From Bacteroidota bacterium (lineage in GTDB: Bacteria > Bacteroidota > Bacteroidia > Flavobacteriales > Flavobacteriaceae): 64,000 nucleotides of DNA. The notes below the pieces were generated by a model. It was not told the DNA's origin and made no database searches. It worked only from the letters and a program-made list of their open reading frames with translations. The position numbers and the translations under genes were made by a program. Positions within the stretch are counted from its first letter, which is position 1. Each line of letters opens with the position of its first letter. Positions 45,803-56,864 of the stretch are shown one piece after another. Location of the stretch: NCBI GenBank assembly GCA_038529705.1, contig JBCBDM010000001.1, positions 3,025 through 67,024 of the forward strand. Reading direction: 5' to 3'.

Positions 45803-46159
45803 TTAAGTGCGAACTACTTTTCCAAAGAAATAGGACAGCAACAAAACAATAATCCCTAATAAGGGAAGGTAATTATTTTCATGTCCAGCAAAATGATGAG
45901 CAAAATACGCCAATACCATATCGAAGAATAAGCCAGCATAGGCCCATTCGGTTAACCAGCTACTTTTTCGCCAAAGGATCATAATCACCGCCAGGATCTT
46001 AGCGGTAGCGAGAGGTATCACGATATAGGAAGGATAGTTGAAGCTTTCAAAAAAACCTTTGACCATCTCGGTATTCGTAACATATAGGGTAGCCGAATAC
46101 AACATCAAGGCACACAACAACGGGGTCGCTATCCAATAGACGATTCTTTGAATGTTCAT
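45803..46159 (-). CDS. DoxX-like family membrane protein
   Basis: Four TM; GYP-like YPSY motif, EWAYAG. Confidence 0.8.
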   Translation of the reverse strand: MNIQRIVYWIATPLLCALMLYSATLYVTNTEMVKGFFESFNYPSYIVIPLATAKILAVIMILWRKSSWLTEWAYAGLFFDMVLAYFAHHFAGHENNYLPLLGIIVLLLSYFFGKVVRT

Positions 46160-46181
46160 TTTTTGGTTGGGTTGTAGAATA

Positions 46182-46985
46182 CTAGCCGAAGCTCTTTTCT
46201 ATGATCTTCATAAATCGCTTGGTATATTCGTCTTTGTTTAACCAATAGTTATAATCGGGCTTTACCTTCCCTTTGATAAAGGTTTCGGCATCTTCATAGG
46301 ATGTAAAGGTGCTAATTTGAGACAACACGCGCGTATAGTCTTCCGTTTTACCCTCGAATAGATGCTTGATAAAGGCCAAGCGATCATTGAGCCCAATATT
46401 TAGTCCATTCCCCAGGGATTCGTTTAATGATTTGGGACGGTCTACATCATTATTCTTATGGGCCTCCTCTTCCTGCGGCTCAACTCTGGAAACTTCCTGA
46501 GTTTCAACCTCAGTCTCTATAACAGATCCCGTTTTAACCGTAGTTGCGGTGTCTTCTTTCCGCTCGAATACCGGCATTTCCTGAAAATTGTTGGCAAATT
46601 CTTCCAGGTCGTTTTTATTGAATTCTTTCTTGGGTAATACTTCTTCCAAAAGGGCATCCACTTTTTGCGATTCCTCCGGCATTTGCGCCACCAGGTCCTT
46701 GATCTTTTCCATGACTGGTTCCACCAATTCTTCCTGGTCCTCTGGTTGAGGTACTGGCTCGGGCTCTTTAAACCAATTATTCTCCCGATACGTTTTGGAG
46801 TCCAACGAGTCTTTTTCTTCTAGAGCTTCCTCTCCCAGAAGCTGAATTTCCAAATATTCGAGCACAGCAAGACGCTCGTATAATTCTCGGGCTATTTCCT
46901 TCATTCTTCGCGTGTCCTTGCCTTCACTTTCTGCGAGAATCTCCTGCGCCAGGCTTTTTATTTGGGACTGCAATTGCTTCTTCAT
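46182..46985 (-). CDS. Conserved hypothetical protein
   Basis: Acidic 267-aa ORF ending IGLNDRLAFIKHLF. Confidence 0.7.
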   Translation of the reverse strand: MKKQLQSQIKSLAQEILAESEGKDTRRMKEIARELYERLAVLEYLEIQLLGEEALEEKDSLDSKTYRENNWFKEPEPVPQPEDQEELVEPVMEKIKDLVAQMPEESQKVDALLEEVLPKKEFNKNDLEEFANNFQEMPVFERKEDTATTVKTGSVIETEVETQEVSRVEPQEEEAHKNNDVDRPKSLNESLGNGLNIGLNDRLAFIKHLFEGKTEDYTRVLSQISTFTSYEDAETFIKGKVKPDYNYWLNKDEYTKRFMKIIEKSFG

Positions 46986-47085
46986 AACTTTTATAATTAA
47001 AGTGCCTTCCTATTTTTTGTTTTGTTAAATTTACGCATCCTTTATGTAAACGTCAAAGAATTCCTTTTTATTCTGAAAGTAAGTT

Positions 47086-47727
47086 ATGTTTCTCGAAAAT
47101 ACAGTTAATCAAAAAGAGCAATTTGGGTGGATCGAGGTGATTTGTGGCTCTATGTTTTCGGGAAAAACCGAAGAACTGATCCGCCGACTCAAACGGGCGC
47201 AGTTTGCACGTCAGAAAGTGGAAATATTCAAACCTGCCGTAGACATTCGCTATGACGAAGACAAGGTAGTCTCTCACGACAGTAATGAAATTCGCTCCAC
47301 TCCCGTCCCGGCTGCAGCCAACATCCCCATTCTGGCCGATGGCTGTGATGTGATTGGTATTGACGAAGCCCAATTTTTCGACGATGAGATCGTAAAAGTT
47401 TGCAACGACCTGGCCAATCAGGGGATGCGCGTCATCGTGGCCGGTCTGGATATGGATTATAAGGGCAACCCCTTTGGCCCGATGCCTGCTTTAATGGCCA
47501 CCGCCGAATACGTTACCAAAGTGCATGCGGTTTGCACCCGAACAGGAAATTTAGCCAATTACAGCTATCGAAAAGCTCAAAGCGACGATCTGGTCTTGTT
47601 GGGAGAAACAGAAGAATATGAACCTCTAAGTCGTGCTGCTTTTTACAAAGCCTTGCTTCGGGAGAAGGTAAGGAAAATGGAGGTAAAGGACCCTGAGCAA
47701 CTCCCCCCTAAAAAAAGAGCCCAGTAA
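47086..47727 (+). CDS. tdk: Thymidine kinase
   Basis: [31 protein letters not shown]. Confidence 0.97.
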   Translation: MFLENTVNQKEQFGWIEVICGSMFSGKTEELIRRLKRAQFARQKVEIFKPAVDIRYDEDKVVSHDSNEIRSTPVPAAANIPILADGCDVIGIDEAQFFDDEIVKVCNDLANQGMRVIVAGLDMDYKGNPFGPMPALMATAEYVTKVHAVCTRTGNLANYSYRKAQSDDLVLLGETEEYEPLSRAAFYKALLREKVRKMEVKDPEQLPPKKRAQ

Positions 47728-48857
47728 TGACTTCGGAAATGAGCCAATTTCACGAAACGGTGTTGGAAATAGATCTCAACGCGCTTGCCCATAACTATCA
47801 ATACCTCGCTTCTAAACTAAAGCCCGGAACCAGAGTGATGGGAGTAGTAAAAGCCTTTGGATATGGCAGTCACACCATAGAAGTTGCAAAAGAACTTATT
47901 AGGCTGGGAGTAGATTATTTTGCTGTGGCTTATGTAAAAGAAGGTGTGGCCCTTAGGGATGCGGGAATAGAAACGCCCATTTTGGTCCTACATCCACAGC
48001 CAAAGAACTTCCCGACTTTAATAGACCGATGCCTGGAACCTGCGCTCTACAGTCCCCGTATATGGAGAGAATTTGTCAAAGCTGCGGAAGCTAAGAAGCA
48101 AGAACAATATCCCGTTCACCTGAAGTTCAATACCGGCCTCAATCGATTGGGTTTTTGGGAAAATGACACACAATGGATCTTGGATCGTCTCCAAGAGACC
48201 TCTGCTGTTAAAATAAAATCGATATTCTCCCACCTGGCAGCAAGTGAAGACATGTCGGAAAGAGATTTCACCCTGGGACAAATTGATAGTTTTAAGAAAA
48301 CTTCTGCCGAGATGATAAAAAAGCTTGAATATACACCGTTCCTTCACCAAAGCAATACCTCAGGCATCCTTAATTATCCGGAAGCACATTTCGATCTTGT
48401 AAGAACGGGGATAGGTTTGTATGGGTATGGTAATTCTGAAGCGCAGGACCGCCAACTTATTCCTGTGGTCACTTTAAAAAGTGTCATCTCTCAGATTCAC
48501 CAAATAGAACCAGGGGAATCTGTAGGCTATAACCGAGCCTATTTTGCCAAAGGATATGAAGTAACCGCTACCCTTCCTATTGGCCATGCCGATGGAATTT
48601 CACGGCAATTAGGTAATGAAAACGGTGCGGTGCTCATTAAAGGTCAAAAAGCACCCATTATAGGTAATGTATGTATGGATATGCTCATGGTAAACATTAC
48701 CGGCATCGAGTGTAAGGAAGGTGACGAGGTCATTGTTATTGGCGAGGAACAGTCTGCGGTGGAACTCGCAGAAGCCATGGGAAGCATTTCCTATGAACTC
48801 CTTACGGCACTCTCTCAACGAGTAAAACGTACCATTGTACGAAAACCCCTTCCTTAG
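47727..48857 (+). CDS. alr: Alanine racemase
   Basis: VVKAFGYG (PLP lysine), NTGLNRLG, SHLA, GYNR-type motif, GNVCMDM. Confidence 0.95.
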   Translation: MTSEMSQFHETVLEIDLNALAHNYQYLASKLKPGTRVMGVVKAFGYGSHTIEVAKELIRLGVDYFAVAYVKEGVALRDAGIETPILVLHPQPKNFPTLIDRCLEPALYSPRIWREFVKAAEAKKQEQYPVHLKFNTGLNRLGFWENDTQWILDRLQETSAVKIKSIFSHLAASEDMSERDFTLGQIDSFKKTSAEMIKKLEYTPFLHQSNTSGILNYPEAHFDLVRTGIGLYGYGNSEAQDRQLIPVVTLKSVISQIHQIEPGESVGYNRAYFAKGYEVTATLPIGHADGISRQLGNENGAVLIKGQKAPIIGNVCMDMLMVNITGIECKEGDEVIVIGEEQSAVELAEAMGSISYELLTALSQRVKRTIVRKPLP

Positions 48858-48928
48858 AATTAAATTTTTTGTTAAAATCGGCATATTTGGCTACATTGGA
48901 TACTTATTAACTCTTAAACCAATCAATT

Positions 48929-49333
48929 ATGCTTAAAGAATTCAGGGATTTTATCATGACCGGTAATGTCATAGACCTATCCATTGCGGTCATTTTAGGT
49001 GCTGCCTTGGGGGCTGTGGTGACCGGATTTACCAACGATATCATGATGCCTATTGTAGGTCATTTCACAGGAGGAATGGATTTTTCGGAACTAAAGTATG
49101 TACTCTCTCCTGCCTCTGTGGACGAAGCAGGTAAAGAGGTCGCGGAAAACGCAATTATGTATGGTAAGTGGATCAATGCGTTGATAAACCTAGTTATTGT
49201 AGGTTTTGTATTGTTTATGATCGTGAAAGCTTATAACAAAACCAAAAAGAAGAAAGAAGAAGCACCCGCTCCGGATCCAGGACCATCAGAGATCGACTTG
49301 CTTACGGAGATTCGCGATGCATTGAAGAAATAA
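48929..49333 (+). CDS. mscL: Large-conductance mechanosensitive channel
   Basis: LKEFRDFIMTGNVIDL, LLTEIRDALK. Confidence 0.97.
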   Translation: MLKEFRDFIMTGNVIDLSIAVILGAALGAVVTGFTNDIMMPIVGHFTGGMDFSELKYVLSPASVDEAGKEVAENAIMYGKWINALINLVIVGFVLFMIVKAYNKTKKKKEEAPAPDPGPSEIDLLTEIRDALKK

Positions 49334-49374
49334 AAAACGCGTTAGCGACCGCTACACTGCATATTTTTAACAAA

Positions 49375-49408
49375 ACCATCCTGTTTTCGACAGGATGGTC
49401 TTTTTTTT
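49375..49408 (+). terminator. Rho-independent terminator after mscL
   Basis: ACCATCCTGT-N5-ACAGGATGGT followed by C and T8. Confidence 0.8.
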
Positions 49409-49468
49409 CGTTGTAATTTTACAACCCAGGATATTAAACATATACATTTGATGGATAAATCCCCAAAA

Positions 49469-50458
49469 ATGAAGATAGCTGTTGTAGGTGCCACCGGAAT
49501 GGTAGGTACCGTTATGTTAAAGTTGCTCGAAGAAAGAAACTTTCCCATTAAAGAATTGTTGCCTGTTGCATCGCAACGTTCAGTAGGTCGTGAGCTGTTG
49601 TTCAAGGGCCAACTCCATAAGATCGTGAGCATGCAAGATGCTATCGATGCAAAACCGGACATCGCTATTTTTTCGGCCGGTGGAAATACCTCTATGGAAT
49701 GGGCCCCAAAATTTACCGAAGTGGGTACTACCGTGATCGATAATTCTTCTGCCTGGAGAATGGATCAGACGAAAAAATTAGTAGTTCCTGAGATCAATGC
49801 CCATGTATTAACCAAAGAAGACAAGATCATTGCCAACCCCAACTGCTCTACTATACAAATGGTGATGGCTCTGGCTCCCTTACACAAGAAATATCAAATG
49901 AGACGTGTAGTGGTTTCTACCTATCAGTCCGTTTCCGGAACCGGAGTAAAAGCGGTCCAACAATTGGAAAATGAAATTGCGGGACAACGCGGTGAAATGG
50001 CCTATCCTTATCCCATTCATCGAAACGCCCTACCTCATTGCGATGTGTTTGAAGCAAATGGTTATACCAAGGAAGAAATGAAATTAGCCAGGGAACCCCA
50101 AAAGATCCTGGACGACCGAACTTTCTCAGTTTCAGCAACAGCAGTGAGAATTCCAACAGCAGGTGGCCATAGTGAAGCCGTAAATGTTGAATTCATAAAT
50201 GATTTCGACTTGGGCGACGTTCGAAAGATCCTCCATGGAACCCCGGGAGTAACCATTCAGGACAATCCCGAAACCAATACCTATCCTATGCCGATCTACG
50301 CGCATAATAAAGACGAAGTTTTTGTGGGCAGAATCAGACGGGATGAAACGCAACCCAACACCTTAAACATGTGGATTGTAAGTGATAATCTAAGAAAGGG
50401 TGCGGCGACCAATGCCATTCAAATTGCGGAGTATTTAATGAACCACGGACTCGTGTAA
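49469..50458 (+). CDS. asd: Aspartate-semialdehyde dehydrogenase
   Basis: VGATGMVG, DNSSAWRM, ANPNCSTIQ, STYQSVSGTG, DNLRKGAATNA; probable ATG 49469. Confidence 0.97.
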   Translation: MKIAVVGATGMVGTVMLKLLEERNFPIKELLPVASQRSVGRELLFKGQLHKIVSMQDAIDAKPDIAIFSAGGNTSMEWAPKFTEVGTTVIDNSSAWRMDQTKKLVVPEINAHVLTKEDKIIANPNCSTIQMVMALAPLHKKYQMRRVVVSTYQSVSGTGVKAVQQLENEIAGQRGEMAYPYPIHRNALPHCDVFEANGYTKEEMKLAREPQKILDDRTFSVSATAVRIPTAGGHSEAVNVEFINDFDLGDVRKILHGTPGVTIQDNPETNTYPMPIYAHNKDEVFVGRIRRDETQPNTLNMWIVSDNLRKGAATNAIQIAEYLMNHGLV

Positions 50459-50527
50459 GCTGTTGTTTTTGTAAGTGTCGGGGAAAAGTGGCGTCTAAAG
50501 GCCCATAACCTTTCAGAAATAACACTT

Positions 50528-50929
50528 ATGAAAATCTTCAATCTTGTTTTACGTATCGGTATTGGAATCATGCTTTTGGCTTTTGGCCTCAACAAATTCT
50601 TTTGGTTCATGCCAGATTTCGATTTTACCGGATATCCGGAAGCGGAATATCTGTTTAATGCACTTCGTTTCTCCGGAGACGATCCGGAAGCCGGAAAAGG
50701 CTATATCATGGGACTAGTTGGACTTACCGAGGCCGTGGTTGGATTATTATTGATCTTTAAGAAATGGGTACCGTTTGCCCTAGTCATGTTAGTCCCTATT
50801 TCAGTAAACATTGTCTTATTCCATGCTTTTGTCAACCTCCCGAACATTGGCCCTGCTATTCTTGTGGCTGCCGTAAATGTATATTTAATGTATAAACACT
50901 GGGATTACTACCGCCCGCTTTTCTCATAA
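50528..50929 (+). CDS. DoxX family membrane protein
   Basis: LRI..G..LL.FGLNKF, VPFALVML.PI..NI..FH. Confidence 0.8.
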   Translation: MKIFNLVLRIGIGIMLLAFGLNKFFWFMPDFDFTGYPEAEYLFNALRFSGDDPEAGKGYIMGLVGLTEAVVGLLLIFKKWVPFALVMLVPISVNIVLFHAFVNLPNIGPAILVAAVNVYLMYKHWDYYRPLFS

Positions 50930-51041
50930 AAATCCCATAAATAGGGGGTTAAAGCCAGGCTAAATCAAAGTTTTTAGTACATTTAGGGGATTTTCTACGG
51001 AAAAGAAATCCCCTTTTTAAATTGCTAATGAATTCTTTGAA

Positions 51042-52427
51042 ATGAATAAAGCCTACTTCAAATATGTGTCCCTCCTTCTACCGCTCTTTTTGTTGAGCTC
51101 CTGTAACAAAGATGACGCAGGGGACGACTATGTGCCACTGGTGATTAATACCCAGGCAGACAGCGGACAGGTATTTCAAAACCAAACCCTGGATATCTCG
51201 ATTTTTGCAAACGACTCCAATGTACCTTCAGATGGAACACTTACCCTCAGTAATCCGCAATCGGGTAGTGTTCAAATTTTAGACAACGGTACCTCCACCC
51301 GACTGGACGACCTGGTACGATATACTCCCAGCGCTACGTTCATGGGAGATGACTCCTTTCAATATACCATTTGTGATGTCACTGGCGATAGTTGCTCTAC
51401 AGCAACGGTTACAGTAACCGTCCTTCCATTTTCTCCCGTGAATTTCGATATTACCCAAGTGCCCTATCCAAAACTATCCGATTATAATTTCTTCATGGGT
51501 GAAATGAAGAATCAAGAACCGGTGTATGGAGTTTTACCTTACGAACCTATTACTCCGTTGTTCACGGATTATGCCAAAAAGAAGAGATTTGTATGGATGC
51601 CTAACGGACTCCAAGCAGAATATGTAGGAGATGCAGAATTACTTAACTTCCCCGTAGGTAGCGTTCTGATAAAATCGTTTTATTATAACAATGTGCTTCC
51701 CGCCAATAATACACAGATCATAGAAACCCGATTAATGATCAAAAAGACCGATGGTTGGATCTTTGCCGACTATATTTGGAATGAAGCCCAAGACGAAGGC
51801 CTTCTTGATACTGTGGGAGACGGCGGATTTGTCCCCGTTGAATGGACAGAAAATGGGGTCACGAGAAACATCAACTATCGTATCCCGGCTACTTCCCAAT
51901 GCATTACCTGTCACAAAGCCAATTTCGAAAATGCACCCATAGGGGTAAAACCTCAGAATTTGAATTCGGATTACACTTATGCAGATGGAGTTTCCAATCA
52001 GCTAGACAAATGGATCGAACAAGGATATCTGCTTGGAAACGTACCTTCGGATATTACTACGGTAGTAAAGTGGGATGACCCTTCAGAACCACTAGACCTG
52101 AGGGTGCGGTCGTATTTCGATATCAACTGCGCTAGTTGCCATAGCGATGCTGGACATTGTAATTACAGAACACTGCGATTTGCGTATGACCTAAGTTCCC
52201 TTGATGAGAATATCGGTATTTGTAATGACCCCGACACTCCCATTCCCGGTTATGAAGACGCAAAAGTCGTAGACCCGGGTAATCCTGAGAACTCTATCCT
52301 ATTCTTTAGACTAAGCACCAACGAAGAGCAATATCGAATGCCTCTTCTTGGAAGAACTATACAACACGAAGAAGGTGTTGCTCTGATCGAGGAATGGATC
52401 AATTCGTTGACCCAGACCTGTGAATAA
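51042..52427 (+). CDS. Lipoprotein with Ig-like domain and diheme c-type cytochrome (SO2930/HNE_0200-like)
   Basis: Lipobox LSSC; Ig-like segment (YTP...F.G.DSFQYTICD); PLFTDYAKKKRF; two CxxCH motifs (CITCH 51900-51914, CASCH 52128-52142); RMPLLGR. Confidence 0.75.
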   Translation: MNKAYFKYVSLLLPLFLLSSCNKDDAGDDYVPLVINTQADSGQVFQNQTLDISIFANDSNVPSDGTLTLSNPQSGSVQILDNGTSTRLDDLVRYTPSATFMGDDSFQYTICDVTGDSCSTATVTVTVLPFSPVNFDITQVPYPKLSDYNFFMGEMKNQEPVYGVLPYEPITPLFTDYAKKKRFVWMPNGLQAEYVGDAELLNFPVGSVLIKSFYYNNVLPANNTQIIETRLMIKKTDGWIFADYIWNEAQDEGLLDTVGDGGFVPVEWTENGVTRNINYRIPATSQCITCHKANFENAPIGVKPQNLNSDYTYADGVSNQLDKWIEQGYLLGNVPSDITTVVKWDDPSEPLDLRVRSYFDINCASCHSDAGHCNYRTLRFAYDLSSLDENIGICNDPDTPIPGYEDAKVVDPGNPENSILFFRLSTNEEQYRMPLLGRTIQHEEGVALIEEWINSLTQTCE

Positions 52428-52453
52428 CATCAACTATTTTAATTGAATCTATT

Positions 52454-54055
52454 ATGAAAAAATTTATCTTACTTGGAGCCCTTGTACTCACCGCGCAACT
52501 GCTACAAGCCCAATTGTCTTTTTCCACACAGAGTATTCCCGTAAATGGATCCAGCCGTGCTGTTGTGGATATGAATAATGACCACCTGGATGATATCGTA
52601 ACCATACAGTCGACGAACGTTCAGATTTTTTATCAGCAATCCGATGGAACCCTCGATGAGGTAAATATAACGACCACTCCGGCAGACTATTCCCCTTCCT
52701 GGAGTTTGGCTGCAGCAGACTATGATGCTAATGGTTATACGGATCTTCTGTACGGAGGAGGTAATGGAGTGACCTTTATGAGAGCCAATAGTGATGGAAC
52801 CGGATTTACGGAAGTGTCAGGATCTGAATACGTGTTCTCCCAACGATCCAACTTCGTAGATATAAATAACGATGGGCATTTAGATGCATTTGTTTGTCAT
52901 GATGTTGAACCCAATGTATATTATATCAATGACGGAAGCGGAAACCTCTCCTTTGTGCAAGGAGGTATTGGAGATTATCCTACCGGAGGACATTACGGAA
53001 GTGTTTGGATCGATTTCGACAACGATCGAGATGTAGATATGTTTATGGCCAAATGCGGTGGTGGTTTGGAACGACGAGAAAATGAACTTTTCCAAAATAA
53101 TGGTGACGGTACCTTCACGGACATAGCACCTTCTGCTGGCCTGGAAGATGGAGTACAGACTTGGTCTTCCGCCTGGGGCGACTTCGATAACGACGGCGAT
53201 ATGGATGGATTCATCGGTGCCAGTAGCTTTGCAGATGGCTTCCACAGATTGATGCGCAACAATGGGGACGGAACTTTCACAGACGTGATTGCTTCTTCCG
53301 GCCTTAGTACGTTCAACACTACCGGAATTGAAAATGCAACCCATGACTTTAATAATGACGGTTTTATTGATATCGCTTCCAATGGAGATATCCTGCTCGG
53401 AAATGGAGACATGACCTTTTCGGTTGCCAGCAATCTTTTACCGGGTAACAACGGAAGCTTTGGCGACTTGAATGATGATGGTTTTATCGATGCCTTTTCT
53501 GGTAGCACCATTTACTATAATGACACCAACACCAACAATTGGCTGAAGATTAATACCGTGGGTACCGAAAGTAATATCGATGGAATTGGAGCAAGAGTCG
53601 AGATTGTCACTCCTTCCGGAACGCAAATAAGAGATGTGCGAAGCGGAGAAGGTTTTTCGCTTATGAGTAGCTTGAATACTCATTTCGGAGTTGACGACGA
53701 TACCGAGATCAATTCGGTTACGGTTTACTGGCCTTCAGGAATTATCGATGTTCTGGAAAATGTGGATGTAAATCAGACGATCACCATTATAGAAGGAGTC
53801 ACTCTGGGTCTTGAGGACACCCTGGTTAACAATTTAATTCTATATCCTAATCCTACGGATGGAATATTGAACCTAGGTAATCTTACCGATTTTGACAACC
53901 CTATATTTACGGTATTTGACGCAACAGGCAGAAGAGTTCTGAACGCAAGAATTTCGGGAGAGTCCATAGACGTATCCAATTTGACCCAAGGAAATTATAT
54001 CCTTCGTGTATTCGACAATAGTACCATAAAAACACAGCGTTTTATCAAGAAATAA
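52454..54055 (+). CDS. FG-GAP/VCBS-repeat (CRTAC1/ASPIC-UnbV-like) T9SS type A cargo
   Basis: Repeated D.NNDG..D motifs; ASPIC-like HFG segment; CTD LYPNPT...QGNYILRV...TQRFIKK. Confidence 0.85.
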   Translation: MKKFILLGALVLTAQLLQAQLSFSTQSIPVNGSSRAVVDMNNDHLDDIVTIQSTNVQIFYQQSDGTLDEVNITTTPADYSPSWSLAAADYDANGYTDLLYGGGNGVTFMRANSDGTGFTEVSGSEYVFSQRSNFVDINNDGHLDAFVCHDVEPNVYYINDGSGNLSFVQGGIGDYPTGGHYGSVWIDFDNDRDVDMFMAKCGGGLERRENELFQNNGDGTFTDIAPSAGLEDGVQTWSSAWGDFDNDGDMDGFIGASSFADGFHRLMRNNGDGTFTDVIASSGLSTFNTTGIENATHDFNNDGFIDIASNGDILLGNGDMTFSVASNLLPGNNGSFGDLNDDGFIDAFSGSTIYYNDTNTNNWLKINTVGTESNIDGIGARVEIVTPSGTQIRDVRSGEGFSLMSSLNTHFGVDDDTEINSVTVYWPSGIIDVLENVDVNQTITIIEGVTLGLEDTLVNNLILYPNPTDGILNLGNLTDFDNPIFTVFDATGRRVLNARISGESIDVSNLTQGNYILRVFDNSTIKTQRFIKK

Positions 54056-54093
54056 TCGTTCGATCTCCGAATGATATCGGAAACATATTAAAG

Positions 54094-54129
54094 ACACCGC
54101 CTCCTTACCAGGGCGGTGTTTTGTTTTTT
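54094..54129 (+). terminator. Rho-independent terminator
   Basis: ACACCGCC...GGCGGTGT followed by a T-rich run. Confidence 0.75.
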
Positions 54130-54164
54130 ATTATCTTTAAGAAACCAACCAACATTCCCGATTT

Positions 54165-54542
54165 ATGAAATCCACCTTTACCAAACTCCTCAGGATTGTA
54201 TTAGGCTTAGGACTCATTTTCTTTGGAGCCAATCAACTTTTTCACTTCGTCCCTTTATTCGATATGCCCATAGCGGCCTCGAATTTTATAGAATCATTGG
54301 AAAACTCAGGCTACGTCTTTTTTGTAGTGACCCTACTGGAAATTTTAATTGGAATTATGTTGCTAATGAATAAATGGGTCCCGTTCGCTTTGATCCTTCT
54401 GGCTCCTATCACCTTCAACATTCTGTTGTTCCATATTTTTCTTGATATTTCAGACATTTTGGTCGCCATAATTTTGACTGCGTTCAATGTTATTCTCATT
54501 TACAAATATTGGAAATCCTACCGTCCCCTATTTCAGTATTAA
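54165..54542 (+). CDS. DoxX family membrane protein
   Basis: Paralog of 50528-50929 (KWVPFAL..L.PI..NI..FH; YKYWKSYRPLF). Confidence 0.8.
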   Translation: MKSTFTKLLRIVLGLGLIFFGANQLFHFVPLFDMPIAASNFIESLENSGYVFFVVTLLEILIGIMLLMNKWVPFALILLAPITFNILLFHIFLDISDILVAIILTAFNVILIYKYWKSYRPLFQY

Positions 54543-54621
54543 GTGTTAAAAACACTAACATATCTATAACGTTTTGGCTGTTGGGATTTTACTATTTTTA
54601 CAGCACTTAATCACTTCTACC

Positions 54622-56784
54622 ATGAAAAAATTGATCATTCCAACTTTGTGTGCTGTATTACTGCTAGCATGCCAAGAAGAAACCAAAAAAGAGCCTATTG
54701 CTGTGACCTATCACAAAACCAAAAAAGTAGATACTGTTGACACCTATTTCGGAACCCAAGTACCAGACCCTTATCGATGGTTGGAGGATGACATGAGTGA
54801 AGAAACCGGAGAATGGGTGGCCGCCCAGAATAAAGTAACTTATGGCTATCTGGACACCATCCCATTTCGATCTGAACTCAAGGAACGCCTCACCAGTCTC
54901 TGGAACTACGAAAAGGTAGGTTCCCCCTTCAAAGAAGGTGATTATACTTACTTTTATAAAAACGACGGACTTCAAAATCAATATGTGATCTACCGATATA
55001 AAACAGGAGATGACCCCAGTACGGCAGAAGTGTTCCTGGATCCCAATACCTTTAAAGAAGACGGGACCATCTCTCTCGGTGGCTTGAGTTTTTCAGACAA
55101 TGGGAAACTCGCGGCCTATGCTATTTCGGAAGGAGGAAGTGATTGGAGAAAGGTACTCGTAATGAATGCCGAAACCAGAGAAATTATTGAAGACACGATC
55201 GTCGATATTAAATTTAGTGGAACCGCCTGGCTTGGAAATGAAGGCTTCTTTTATTCTAGCTACGATAAACCCAACGGCAGTGAACTTTCGGCAAAAACAG
55301 ACCAACACAAGGTCTATTATCATAAATTAGGCACAAAACAGGAAGAGGATGAGTTGATCTACGGAGGTACCGAAGCTCAAAAACATCGATATATGTATGC
55401 GGGACCGACCGAAGATGATAAATACCTAGTGCTTACGGGAAGTGTATCGACATCAGGGAATAAATTATGGATCAAGGATCTGGAAAAACCAGACGCTCCA
55501 TTTGTGGCGATTCTGGATCATACCGATACCGATTCTTATATTATTGAGAACGTTGGTTCCAAACTCTATATTGTTACCAATATGGATGCTCCCAATCGAA
55601 AGATCGTAACGGTGGATGCCTCCAATCCTGCGCCGGAAAACTGGGTGGACTTCATCCCCGAAACGGAAAACGTTTTGAGCCCGAGTACGGGCGGTGGGTA
55701 TTTCTTTGCCGAATATATGGTGGATGCTGTTTCCAAGGTCTTGCAATACGATTACGACGGAAATTTAGTTCGGGAGGTAGAATTGCCTGGAGTAGGAAGT
55801 GCTGGCGGTTTTGGATCGAAAAAGGAGGAGAAGGAACTTTATTATTCGTTTACCAATTACGTAACTCCGGGAAGTATTTATAAATACAATGTAGAAACAG
55901 GAAAGAGCGAGTTATATCGCAAACCCGAAATAGATTTCAATCCAGAGGACTATGAAAGCAACCAGGTGTTCTATACCTCCAAGGATGGAACCAAAGTTCC
56001 CATGATCATCACCCATAAAAAAGGCTTACAAATGGATGGAAAGAATCCAACCATCTTATATGGATATGGAGGATTCAATATTAGTCTTACCCCCAGTTTC
56101 AGTATTGCCAATGCCGTTTGGATGGAACAAGGAGGTATCTATGCCGTTCCTAATCTACGTGGAGGAGGGGAATACGGGAAAGACTGGCATAATGCCGGGA
56201 CACAAATGAAAAAGCAAAACGTATTTGACGATTTCATCGCTGCGGCAGAATACCTTATTGAAAACAAATACACCTCCCAAGATTATCTCGCCATTCGCGG
56301 AGGTTCCAACGGTGGGTTACTGGTAGGAGCTACCATGACTCAACGTCCGGACCTTATGAAGGTAGCACTTCCAGCGGTAGGCGTATTGGATATGTTGAGA
56401 TATCACACCTTCACTGCCGGTGCAGGTTGGGCTTATGACTATGGAACAGCAGAACAAAGTGAAGAGATGTTTGAATACTTAAAAGGATATTCTCCCGTCC
56501 ATAATGTGACCGCGGGGACCAGTTATCCCGCAACCCTTGTTACTACAGGAGATCATGACGACAGGGTTGTACCGGCACACAGTTTTAAGTTTGCCGCCGA
56601 ATTACAAGAGAAGCAGGCAGGACCTAATCCAGTACTTATACGGATTGAGACCGATGCAGGCCATGGTGCAGGAACTCCGGTAAGTAAGACCATTGAACAA
56701 TATGCAGATATCTACGGATTCACACTTTATAATATGGGATATGAAGTGCTTCCCGAAAAAGTGAATACCAAGATCAAAGAATAA
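54622..56784 (+). CDS. Prolyl oligopeptidase (S9A), lipoprotein
   Basis: Probable start MKKLIIP with lipobox LLAC; DPYRWLED; GGSNGGLL; [12 protein letters not shown]; AGHGAG. Confidence 0.95.
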   Translation: MKKLIIPTLCAVLLLACQEETKKEPIAVTYHKTKKVDTVDTYFGTQVPDPYRWLEDDMSEETGEWVAAQNKVTYGYLDTIPFRSELKERLTSLWNYEKVGSPFKEGDYTYFYKNDGLQNQYVIYRYKTGDDPSTAEVFLDPNTFKEDGTISLGGLSFSDNGKLAAYAISEGGSDWRKVLVMNAETREIIEDTIVDIKFSGTAWLGNEGFFYSSYDKPNGSELSAKTDQHKVYYHKLGTKQEEDELIYGGTEAQKHRYMYAGPTEDDKYLVLTGSVSTSGNKLWIKDLEKPDAPFVAILDHTDTDSYIIENVGSKLYIVTNMDAPNRKIVTVDASNPAPENWVDFIPETENVLSPSTGGGYFFAEYMVDAVSKVLQYDYDGNLVREVELPGVGSAGGFGSKKEEKELYYSFTNYVTPGSIYKYNVETGKSELYRKPEIDFNPEDYESNQVFYTSKDGTKVPMIITHKKGLQMDGKNPTILYGYGGFNISLTPSFSIANAVWMEQGGIYAVPNLRGGGEYGKDWHNAGTQMKKQNVFDDFIAAAEYLIENKYTSQDYLAIRGGSNGGLLVGATMTQRPDLMKVALPAVGVLDMLRYHTFTAGAGWAYDYGTAEQSEEMFEYLKGYSPVHNVTAGTSYPATLVTTGDHDDRVVPAHSFKFAAELQEKQAGPNPVLIRIETDAGHGAGTPVSKTIEQYADIYGFTLYNMGYEVLPEKVNTKIKE

Positions 56785-56805
56785 GTAAACATCACTCAAA
56801 AAACT

Positions 56806-56860
56806 AGAAGGTTGTCTGAGACGTTTTAACTGGGCTCAATGTGACAACCTTCTTTTTTTA
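56806..56860 (+). terminator. Hairpin/terminator between the peptidase and ABC ATPase genes
   Basis: AGAAGGTTGTC...GACAACCTTCT (11-bp stem) followed by a T-run. Confidence 0.55.
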
Positions 56861-56864
56861 TCAA

